DNA from: Candidatus Micrarchaeota archaeon | GTDB lineage: Archaea > B1Sed10-29 > WALL01 > WAMD01 | Length of the DNA stretch: 21,235 bases | Direction of reading: 5' to 3' | Assembly: GCA_964652335.1 (NCBI GenBank) | Contig: CAZZDL010000014.1 | Coordinates: forward strand, 1 to 21,235 | Part shown: piece after piece, positions 1 to 6,886 of the stretch | How positions within the stretch are numbered: the first letter of the stretch is position 1 | Layout of the letters: each line of letters opens with the position of its first letter | Notes under the pieces: model-generated | What the model saw: the letters and a program-made list of their open reading frames with translations, nothing else | What the model was told of the DNA's origin: nothing | Database searches by the model: none | Program-made: the position numbers and the translations under genes

Positions 1-21
1 AAAAGGCTTCTGGCTGGTGCA

Positions 22-483
22 TTAAACCAAATTCTCCATTATTTGGTCCTTGTCCATATCTCGCCTGCAGTAGTGGCACCTAATTAGCAAAGGTTCTCTA
101 CTAATAACGGTAAACTTAGCTGTAACTGGCTCGCCCTTATTCGTGACACATGCGGGATTTGCACATCTAACTATTCCTTCAATCTTATCAGGTAGTTCAA
201 CTGTCTGTTTATCAACGACTTTCCAATTCTCTATTTTATTCACTGTGGCCCCTGGGATCAACAAAGATATCTCCCCCAGCTCGGTTTGGCTAAGAAATCT
301 ATTTTCAAGTTTTAGTATGTCTTTCCTTTTCATCTTCTTGCTTTCCACGTTTATAGCCAAAAGAACTGGATTACCATCGTCAAAAACTTTGAGTATCCTA
401 GCAACAGTGAGAGACATCTTAGGAGGGATGTGGTCTATGACAGTACCATTTTCAATTTTCTTAACTAACAATGCATCTTCCAT
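22..483 (-). CDS. pyrI: Aspartate carbamoyltransferase regulatory subunit
   Basis: Motifs LLVKKIENGTVIDHIP and KDILKLE; Zn ligands CANPAC...CHYC; directly downstream of pyrB. Confidence 0.97.
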   Translation of the reverse strand: MEDALLVKKIENGTVIDHIPPKMSLTVARILKVFDDGNPVLLAINVESKKMKRKDILKLENRFLSQTELGEISLLIPGATVNKIENWKVVDKQTVELPDKIEGIVRCANPACVTNKGEPVTAKFTVISREPLLIRCHYCRRDMDKDQIMENLV

Positions 484-494
484 TTACACGCCTC

Positions 495-1403
495 CTAACA
501 TCCTAATGCCCAACACAATATGGCCATCCTCGTATAAACACCATTCTTTGACTGCTGGAAATACCTGGCCTGCGGATATCTATCAACCTCTGGTGATATC
601 TCATCCACTCTAGGCAATGGATGCATCACTATTGCATCATCCTTCATAGTCTTTACCAACCTCTCGTCTAGCCTGTATACTCCTTTTATCTTTGCATACT
701 CTGTTGGATCTGGGAACCTCTCCTTCTGAATCCTAGTCATATATAAGACATCTAACTCTGGGAGTATCCCTTCTAAGCTGGAAAACTCCTTGAATCTAGT
801 CCTCTGCTTGATATCCCTGATAATATGTTCTGGCATCCTAAGGCTTTCTGGTGAGATAAAATACAGCTCTGTCCCAAATCTAGATAATGCAAGAGCAAGA
901 GAATGCACGGTTCTGCCATATCTCAAGTCACCTGCAAGCCCTATCTTTTTATTAAAGCTCCCAAACTCCTTCCAGATTGTATACAAGTCCAGCAATGTTT
1001 GTGTGGGATGCCTGCTTGCTCCATCTCCTGCGTTTATAACTGGGTTCTCAGCTAGCTCTGCTACAAGAGTGGCTGCGCCTTCATAAGGATGTCTAATCAC
1101 TATTACATCTGCATATCCATCCACAACACGAATAGTATCTGCAAGTGTTTCTCCTTTCTTAACACTAGTGCCCTCTGTTCCTGAAAAACCAATTACTCCA
1201 CCACCCAATCTTTTCATAGCAGTCTCAAAGCTGAGCCTGGTCCGCGTTGAAGGCTCAAAGAAGAGACTGGCCATCACTTTGCCATCTAAAGGTTTGGAAG
1301 AAACTACACTGCTAAAGTTATCTTCTATTTCTTTTGCCTTCTCCAAGATGTGGATTATTTCATCTTTTGAAAGGTCTTCAACAGAAACAAGATCCTTTTT
1401 CAT
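495..1403 (-). CDS. pyrB: Aspartate carbamoyltransferase catalytic subunit (start ATG 1403 or TTG 1412)
   Basis: FFEPSTRTRLSF, KGETLADT, INAGDG..HPTQTLLD, GDLRYGRTVHSL and MHPLPR motifs. Confidence 0.98.
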   Translation of the reverse strand: MKKDLVSVEDLSKDEIIHILEKAKEIEDNFSSVVSSKPLDGKVMASLFFEPSTRTRLSFETAMKRLGGGVIGFSGTEGTSVKKGETLADTIRVVDGYADVIVIRHPYEGAATLVAELAENPVINAGDGASRHPTQTLLDLYTIWKEFGSFNKKIGLAGDLRYGRTVHSLALALSRFGTELYFISPESLRMPEHIIRDIKQRTRFKEFSSLEGILPELDVLYMTRIQKERFPDPTEYAKIKGVYRLDERLVKTMKDDAIVMHPLPRVDEISPEVDRYPQARYFQQSKNGVYTRMAILCWALGC

Positions 1404-1434
1404 ATCTATCAAAAAGTTAGTAACGATTCCCTAG

Positions 1435-1442
1435 TATTTAAA
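1435..1442 (-). promoter_or_regulatory. Putative TATA box for pyrBI
   Basis: TTTAAATA on the minus strand, ~23-32 nt upstream of the candidate pyrB starts. Confidence 0.55.
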
Positions 1443-1507
1443 CAAATAAAATTAATGCTTTGTTTTATATGCCGCATATGAGTTATAACAATAATTGGGT
1501 GAAAGGC

Positions 1508-1816
1508 ATGGCAAGGAAAGGATACAGAGCAGAATACCTTGCAAAGCAGAAGCTAATAGAAAGATATGGGAAGGAAAACGTCCTGAAGCTAGCCATAGGC
1601 ATGTCATCTGACTTTCTGATTTTGAGGCCAGGTTCTGGAAAGATAGAAAAGATAGTTGAAGTAAAATCCACTGTTAAAGAAAAATGGTACCCAAAACCCA
1701 GGGACAAAGCACAGTTGGAAAGGCTAAAGGCACTAGCAAAAGAGCATGATATCCCGTTAGAGCTATGGATAAAGTTACCTAGGAAGGACTTTAAGGTAGA
1801 GAGAGTGTATAAATAG
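1508..1816 (+). CDS. hjc: Hjc-like Holliday junction resolvase / PD-(D/E)xK nuclease
   Basis: RKGYRAE (GxxxE), catalytic D in SDFLI, EVKS (ExK); 102 aa; SD-like GGGTGA before ATG 1508; TATA-like TTTTATAT at 1463-1470. The middle is divergent from canonical Hjc, so orthology is uncertain. Confidence 0.7.
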   Translation: MARKGYRAEYLAKQKLIERYGKENVLKLAIGMSSDFLILRPGSGKIEKIVEVKSTVKEKWYPKPRDKAQLERLKALAKEHDIPLELWIKLPRKDFKVERVYK

Positions 1817-1890
1817 CATTGTACAAACCAACAGTGAAAATGAGTAATGTTTTATATACTAACTAACAAAATGATAAATCGGTGGGAATA

Positions 1891-2166
1891 ATGGGTGAAG
1901 AGTCATTTGACATGATAGCCAGAGTAAAAAAATACTTAGAAGAATATAGTATTCCTGAAGGTATTGCCGTTGACTTATCAATGGCAGGTAGATTCGCAAA
2001 AGAACATCCGAGAATAGTAGAAAAGTTCGAAATGCAAGAAGAATTAAGCGAAGAGGAAGTAAACAGGGTGCTAAAATTCTTGAGAGAACATGAAAGAAAG
2101 AAAACTCCCAAACAGCTATCTATTGATGAATTTAGGAAAAAGAGGAGGGAGAGAAGACCGCTGTGA
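1891..2166 (+). CDS. Hypothetical small charged protein with C-terminal PIP-box-like motif (KQLSIDEF) and basic tail
   Basis: TATA-like TTTATATA at 1851-1858, SD-like GGTGG before ATG 1891, purine-rich coding-like sequence; no recognisable family. Confidence 0.7.
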   Translation: MGEESFDMIARVKKYLEEYSIPEGIAVDLSMAGRFAKEHPRIVEKFEMQEELSEEEVNRVLKFLREHERKKTPKQLSIDEFRKKRRERRPL

Positions 2167-2206
2167 ACAAATACATATTTAACCCTCTCATTTCTAAAAA
2201 TAATCT

Positions 2207-2716
2207 GTGCTTGACTGGTTAATTCGGCAGTTTGGTCTGATTGGATTGGCGATTGCATCCTTCATAGCGAATACTATCCTACCAATACCATTTGAACCAG
2301 TTCTATTTCTTGTCCACGCAACAGGATATAATATTGCGCTTTGGCTATTGATAGCTAGCTTAGCAGCAGTGGCTGGTGAATTCACAGTCTATTGGGTAGC
2401 TAGGAAAGGAAAGGGTTTCATTGCCAGAGCAATATCTTGGTTCATGGCAAAAATGAAAAAAGATTTTAAAGCAAAGGATGTTGTGAACAATCCTTCTCAT
2501 AGCTGGCTAAAAGAATGGTTTGAAGAATGGGGGTTTGGAGCAATATTCATTGGGGCGTTCACTCCCCTTCCAATGTTTCTCTTTGACATATTCGCAGGCT
2601 ATCTAGAGTATCCGGCATGGAAGTTCTGTCTAGCCACGTTCCTAGGAAAATTAGCTAGGTACACCACAGTTTTACTCGGAGGAACCGCAATCGTCTGGCT
2701 GTTCTTCATCAGATAA
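2207..2716 (+). CDS. DedA/VTT-domain (YqaA-like) membrane protein
   Basis: SFIANTILPIPFE, A..GE...Y, FTPLP...AG and GKLARY motifs; hydrophobic segments; GTG start uncertain. Confidence 0.85.
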   Translation: MLDWLIRQFGLIGLAIASFIANTILPIPFEPVLFLVHATGYNIALWLLIASLAAVAGEFTVYWVARKGKGFIARAISWFMAKMKKDFKAKDVVNNPSHSWLKEWFEEWGFGAIFIGAFTPLPMFLFDIFAGYLEYPAWKFCLATFLGKLARYTTVLLGGTAIVWLFFIR

Positions 2717-2720
2717 AATG

Positions 2721-3359
2721 TCACGCTTCTGGGGACAATATAACCACTTTGCTATTCGTTTGAGACTCAACCTTTTCCTTGAATTCGTTTGGATCTCTCT
2801 CTAAGCCCTCCAATGAATTGTAGTGCATTGGGATAACAATTCTTGGAGAAAATGCCTTGACTGCGTTAACCGCATCGTCAATGTCCATGGTGTATGTTCC
2901 GCCTATTGGAAGTAGAGCAAGATCTATGCCTTTCAGCTCCTTCATCTCTGGGATGAAATCTGTGTCACCAGCATGATATATCTTCTTATCATTGATTTCA
3001 ATAATGAATCCAACACCAAGTCCTCTGGGATGGAACGGCTTATTTAGATTGTAAGCCGGTACTGCCTTGACATTTACCCAGCCTAGGTCAACGCTGTCTC
3101 CTTCCTTTACAACCTTAGTATTCAGGTTACATTTCTTAGCGGCCCCTTCTGTAGTGATGATTAATGCGCTGTTAGCTATTTTCATTATGTTTTCAACTGC
3201 ACAATGGTCAAAATGCTCATGAGTAACTAGGATTAAATCTGCTTTCTTAGGGTCGTCAGGCAGTATGTAAGGATCTATGTAGATTGTTTTTCCGCTAGTC
3301 TCAATCATAAAGCTAGCATGACCAAACCAATGCAAGGATACGCCGTCTAATTCAAACAT
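2721..3359 (-). CDS. MBL-fold metallo-hydrolase (UPF0173/UlaG-like)
   Basis: WFGHASF, IDPY, THEHFDH (HxHxDH), YHAGDT, LPIGGTYTM and PMHY motifs; strong SD GGAGGTGGTGG upstream. Confidence 0.92.
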   Translation of the reverse strand: MFELDGVSLHWFGHASFMIETSGKTIYIDPYILPDDPKKADLILVTHEHFDHCAVENIMKIANSALIITTEGAAKKCNLNTKVVKEGDSVDLGWVNVKAVPAYNLNKPFHPRGLGVGFIIEINDKKIYHAGDTDFIPEMKELKGIDLALLPIGGTYTMDIDDAVNAVKAFSPRIVIPMHYNSLEGLERDPNEFKEKVESQTNSKVVILSPEA

Positions 3360-3392
3360 TCCACCACCTCCAATATCATTAGGGATTTACAA

Positions 3393-3425
3393 TTTATTAA
3401 GAAATGCCAAGATACTATTTTAATA
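3393..3425. promoter_or_regulatory. Back-to-back TATA-like boxes in the divergent MBL / ku intergenic region
   Basis: TTAATAAA on the minus strand (3393-3400) and TTTTAATA on the plus strand (3418-3425), each ~35-40 nt before an SD-led start. Confidence 0.45.
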
Positions 3426-3464
3426 GATATATTCCGTGAGCCTAAAAATAATACTGGTGGTAAT

Positions 3465-4253
3465 ATGAAGGCTCTCTGGGCAGGAAATATCGTGATAGGA
3501 TTCATAAATATTCCTGTTAAGATATATCCAATGGAAAAGAAATCAAAGGTAGGATTCAGATTAATACACAAAAAATGCGGAACTCCAATTGAATATAAAA
3601 AATGGTGTCCTCATTGCAATGCGAGTGTTTCTGATGAGGATATAGTGAAAGGGGTGGAAATAGCTAAAGGTGAGTACGTCATACTAGAAGATGAAGAGAT
3701 AGAAGCTTTAAAACCTGTCACAAAGCACAAGATAGAGATAGATGGCTTCGTCAACTTCTTTGAGATTGACCCTCATTTCCTAGAAAAAAACTACATATTA
3801 GTGCCAAACAAGTCTGAAGAAGCATACTCTGTAATGCTAAAGGCGATGGAAGAAAAAGGAAAAGCAGCAATCGGCAGAGCAATAATAAGGCGTAAAGAAT
3901 TCCCTGTTGTCATCCATCCGTACAAAGGCGTATTGGTGCTAACTGCTCTGTATTATCCAGATGAAATTGTAGAACCGTCTAAACTATTTGATGAGCTTGG
4001 AGTAGAACTAAAGCATGCGAAGGAAGAAGAAGTAGAACTGGCTAAACTGATAATAGAGCAACTAACCACCAAACTAGATCTAGAAAAATACAAAGATGAA
4101 TACAAAGAGGCAATAATGAATCTAGTGAAAAAGAAACTTGAAGGAGTAGAATTAACAGAAAGGGAGACAGAGGTGTCTGAGGAAGAGATTAAAAACTTAA
4201 TGGAAGCATTGCAGGCTACTGTGAAAGCGTTAAAGAAGAAAAAGAAAAAATGA
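3465..4253 (+). CDS. ku: Prokaryotic Ku DNA end-binding protein (NHEJ)
   Basis: MKALWAGNIVIGFINIPVKIY N-terminus, HKKC...CPHC bridge, DIVKGVEIAKGEYV, LYYPDEI, YKDEY, NLMEALQAT and a Lys tail; SD-like GGTGGT. Confidence 0.96.
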   Translation: MKALWAGNIVIGFINIPVKIYPMEKKSKVGFRLIHKKCGTPIEYKKWCPHCNASVSDEDIVKGVEIAKGEYVILEDEEIEALKPVTKHKIEIDGFVNFFEIDPHFLEKNYILVPNKSEEAYSVMLKAMEEKGKAAIGRAIIRRKEFPVVIHPYKGVLVLTALYYPDEIVEPSKLFDELGVELKHAKEEEVELAKLIIEQLTTKLDLEKYKDEYKEAIMNLVKKKLEGVELTERETEVSEEEIKNLMEALQATVKALKKKKKK

Positions 4254-4262
4254 AAATAATAT
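4244..4262 (+). repeat. 19-bp direct repeat, left copy (GAAAAAATGAAAATAATAT); contains the ku stop codon
   Basis: Identical to 4784-4802. Confidence 0.9.
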
Positions 4263-4287
4263 ATATGACATATATAACATATATAAC
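4261..4287 (+). repeat. Three tandem 9-bp repeats ATATATRAC abutting the antitoxin ATG; possible operator/promoter
   Basis: ATATATGAC-ATATATAAC-ATATATAAC followed directly by ATG at 4288. Confidence 0.85.
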
Positions 4288-4482
4288 ATGGCAACTGTTA
4301 CGGTTTATGTTCCAGAAGAAGTATATAACAAAATGAAAAAATACAAAGAAATCTCTTGGAGCAGGATTATAAGGAGAGAGATAATCCAAATACTCAAAAG
4401 GCTAGAAGAGGTAGACTACAGATTGTATGCACTCAAAAGACTGGAGGAAGGAGAGGATGCATCAGAACTATTTAAGTTTTAG
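4288..4482 (+). CDS. Putative type II antitoxin with ribbon-helix-helix (CopG-like) N-terminus
   Basis: 64 aa; TVTVYVPEEVYNKMKKY..ISWSRIIR fits the RHH strand-helix-helix pattern; acidic C-terminus; overlaps the toxin start. Confidence 0.8.
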   Translation: MATVTVYVPEEVYNKMKKYKEISWSRIIRREIIQILKRLEEVDYRLYALKRLEEGEDASELFKF

Positions 4483-4825
4483 TCCTGGGGATGTTGTCTT
4501 AGTTGAAATCCCCTTCTCTAACGGATCTGGTAGAAAATTAAGACCTGGGCTAGTCGTAAGCTCAGATGAATTTAACAATAAATCAAAAGATATTGTGCTA
4601 CTAAAAATAACTGGTTCACAATTCGGAACAGAATACGAGGTAAAGTTAACAAACAAGTGGCTAACAGAAGGAGAATTGAAAAAAACTAGCTGGGTAGATG
4701 TGGGTTTTCTAGTTACAGTAGAACAGGATCTAGTATTAAAAAGGATCGCCCGGGTGAAACCGCAATTTATGAAAAAAATATGGGAAAAAATGAAAATAAT
4801 ATTTTCTATGGGAACAGATGATTAA
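4457..4825 (+). CDS. mazF: PemK/MazF-family toxin (endoribonuclease)
   Basis: GDVVLVEIPFS..SGRKLRPGLVVS and ITGS motifs; 122 aa from ATG 4457, preceded by GGAGGAAGGAGAGG (alternative start 4427). Confidence 0.92.
   Translation: MHQNYLSFSPGDVVLVEIPFSNGSGRKLRPGLVVSSDEFNNKSKDIVLLKITGSQFGTEYEVKLTNKWLTEGELKKTSWVDVGFLVTVEQDLVLKRIARVKPQFMKKIWEKMKIIFSMGTDD
4784..4802 (+). repeat. 19-bp direct repeat, right copy (within the 3' end of mazF)
   Basis: Identical to 4244-4262, offset 540 bp. Confidence 0.9.
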
Positions 4826-4826
4826 C

Positions 4827-5699
4827 ATGAGATACAAACCGATGTTGGCGTATCCAAGCAAGCCATTCTCAAACGAGGAATGGATATTTGAGGCAAAATG
4901 GGACGGAGCAAGAGCTATCAGCTACGTGTATAACAATGCAGTAAGAATAGACTCAAGGTCTGGTGTTGACATATCTATAAAATTCCCTGAACTGGCTAAA
5001 GCTTTGCTAGAAGTTACAGAAAGTATAGTCCTTGATGGGGAGATTGTCCTAATAGAAAAGGGAAAACAGGACTTTCAAGGATTGATGAGGAGAATACATA
5101 ACGAGGATCCCCTTACATTACAACTCCTGGCAGAAAAGCATCCGGCTACATATGTTGTATTTGACGTTCTTGAGATAGATGGAGAACCAGTAATAGACCT
5201 ACCGCTGGAAGAAAGAAAAGCAATCCTTGACTCAGAGGTTGAAGAAGGTAGTGGGATAATCATATCAAAGTACATTTATGAAGAGGGAGAAAAGTATTTC
5301 CAAGCAGCAAGAAGCCTGGGTCTTGAGGGGATAATGGCAAAAAAGTTGTCTAGCAGGTATGAGCCCGGAAAGCGCAGCAAGAATTGGTTAAAGATTAAGG
5401 ATGTCAAAACGTTAGACGTGGTGGTTCTTGGATTCAAGGAAGGTAAAGGTGAAAGAAAAGAAACGTTCGGTAGTATGGAAGTTGGTTTGTACAAAGATGG
5501 AAAGTTGGTTAAATTAGGATATGTAGGTACTGGGTTTGACAAGGATGAGCTGGAACTACTGTCAAAGCTAAGTCCCCCATTTGTCATTGAGGTTGAATAT
5601 CAAGAGCTAACCAAAGATGGGAAACTGAGAATGCCGAGATTCAAGAGGCTCAGGTTGGATAAAAGCCCTGAAGAATGTAGGTGGGCAAAATGGATGTGA
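4827..5699 (+). CDS. ligD: ATP-dependent DNA ligase, stand-alone LigD/LigC-type ligase domain (start 4827 or 4818)
   Basis: PMLA; motif I EAKWDGAR; III LDGEIV; IIIa YVVFDVL; IV EGIMAK; V WLKIK; OB-fold VGTGF; VI LRMPRFKRLRLDK. No primase-polymerase or phosphoesterase domain. Confidence 0.93.
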   Translation: MRYKPMLAYPSKPFSNEEWIFEAKWDGARAISYVYNNAVRIDSRSGVDISIKFPELAKALLEVTESIVLDGEIVLIEKGKQDFQGLMRRIHNEDPLTLQLLAEKHPATYVVFDVLEIDGEPVIDLPLEERKAILDSEVEEGSGIIISKYIYEEGEKYFQAARSLGLEGIMAKKLSSRYEPGKRSKNWLKIKDVKTLDVVVLGFKEGKGERKETFGSMEVGLYKDGKLVKLGYVGTGFDKDELELLSKLSPPFVIEVEYQELTKDGKLRMPRFKRLRLDKSPEECRWAKWM

Positions 5700-6547
5700 A
5701 AATCCTTGCTGCAGATTCAATGGGAGTAAGGTCAATGGCGACGTGGGTAGAGACAAAGGACGTGAAGATCGCCATAGATCCCAGCGCCGCGTTAGGACCT
5801 AGCAGGGGAGGATTAGGTCCACACGCATTGGAGCTAGAGGAACTAGCGAAGAGGAAAACGCTAATAAGGAGATATGCAAAGAAGGCAGACGTAATTGTGA
5901 TTTCACATTACCACTATGATCATTACGACCCAGACGAAAACTTTTACAACGGCAAAATGCTATTCCTAAAAGACTGGGAAAATAAGATAAACCACAGCCA
6001 GAAGGTTAGGGCAAAGCAGTTTCTCCCAAGCCTGGAAAATCCTCAAAAGGCAGAGGGAAAGCATAAATTCGGAAAGACAAAAATTGAGTTTTCTCCTCCA
6101 TTCTTCCATGGTCCAGAAAATTCAAAGCTCGGCTGGGTAATATCAACGCTAATCACTGAAGGAACTAGCAGGTTCCTACATACTAGCGATGTTCAAGGGC
6201 CTTTGGTTGAAGAAACCACTGATTGGATCATTGAGAAAGATCCTAATGTAATATTCTTATGTGGATGTTTAACTTATTTTCTCGGTTGGAGATATCCAAC
6301 TAAGCTATTAGACATAGCCAATGAAAATGTTGAGAGAATCCTTAAGGAGACGAGAGTAAAGACCTTAATAGTGGATCACCATCTAGTCAGAGACAAAAAG
6401 TTTAGAGAAAAAATTAAGCCAGTATATGACACTGCTAAAAAGCTAGGTAAAAGAGTTGTGACAGGCGCCGGATTCATGGGAGAAAAGGAAAGGTTCCTAG
6501 AGGCTTGGAGAAGGGAACTGTGGAAAACAGGGAGGTATCCAGAGTAA
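5690..6547 (+). CDS. UPF0282-like MBL-fold metallo-hydrolase
   Basis: AADSMGVRSMATWVET, IDPSAALGP, SHYHYDH, HTSDVQGP, DHHLVRD and LEAWRRELW motifs; SD-like AGGTGG before ATG 5690; overlaps the ligase 3' end. Confidence 0.88.
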   Translation: MDVKILAADSMGVRSMATWVETKDVKIAIDPSAALGPSRGGLGPHALELEELAKRKTLIRRYAKKADVIVISHYHYDHYDPDENFYNGKMLFLKDWENKINHSQKVRAKQFLPSLENPQKAEGKHKFGKTKIEFSPPFFHGPENSKLGWVISTLITEGTSRFLHTSDVQGPLVEETTDWIIEKDPNVIFLCGCLTYFLGWRYPTKLLDIANENVERILKETRVKTLIVDHHLVRDKKFREKIKPVYDTAKKLGKRVVTGAGFMGEKERFLEAWRRELWKTGRYPE

Positions 6548-6570
6548 AAATACCGTTAAACGCCGTTAAG

Positions 6571-6578
6571 TTTAAATA
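6571..6578 (+). promoter_or_regulatory. Putative TATA box of the rpoH operon
   Basis: TTTAAATA in the intergenic region ~58 nt upstream of rpoH. Confidence 0.6.
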
Positions 6579-6635
6579 CCCCTTGTTATAAAACAATAGG
6601 AGAGCCTGGAGTATCTCCTTTCTGCGGGGGTTGAC

Positions 6636-6875
6636 ATGTTAGACCCAGAGATAATATTAAATCATGAATACGTGCCCAAGCACGAGATTCTGTCAGATAA
6701 AGAGGCTGAGAGAGTTCTAAAGAAGTATAAACTCAGTTCAAAGATGCAATTGCCAAAAATACTATCTTCTGACCCTGTTGTAAAAGCTATAGGGGCAAAG
6801 AAAGGGGACATAATAAAAATAACCAGGAAATCCATAACGGCTGGAGAAGCCGTATATTATAGAGTCGTTGTTTGA
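6636..6875 (+). CDS. rpoH: RNA polymerase subunit H (Rpo5)
   Basis: HEYVPKHEIL, LPKILSSDPVV, RKSITAGEAVYYRVV; canonical position. Confidence 0.98.
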   Translation: MLDPEIILNHEYVPKHEILSDKEAERVLKKYKLSSKMQLPKILSSDPVVKAIGAKKGDIIKITRKSITAGEAVYYRVVV

Positions 6876-6886
6876 GGTGTTTGTAG

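Noticed and set aside
3415..3426. CTATT-TT-AATAG palindrome over the ku TATA box as an operator
   Set aside because: Only 5-bp arms in AT-rich DNA; expected by chance
4261..4287. Repeat as a CRISPR remnant
   Set aside because: 9-bp units with no spacers; no cas genes in the window
3953..4294. Minus-strand ORF starting MPCYICYICHI, resembling repeated CxxC motifs
   Set aside because: Artefact of the 9-bp tandem repeat and the poly-A ku tail read antisense; the rest is a Ser/Phe-rich shadow of ku
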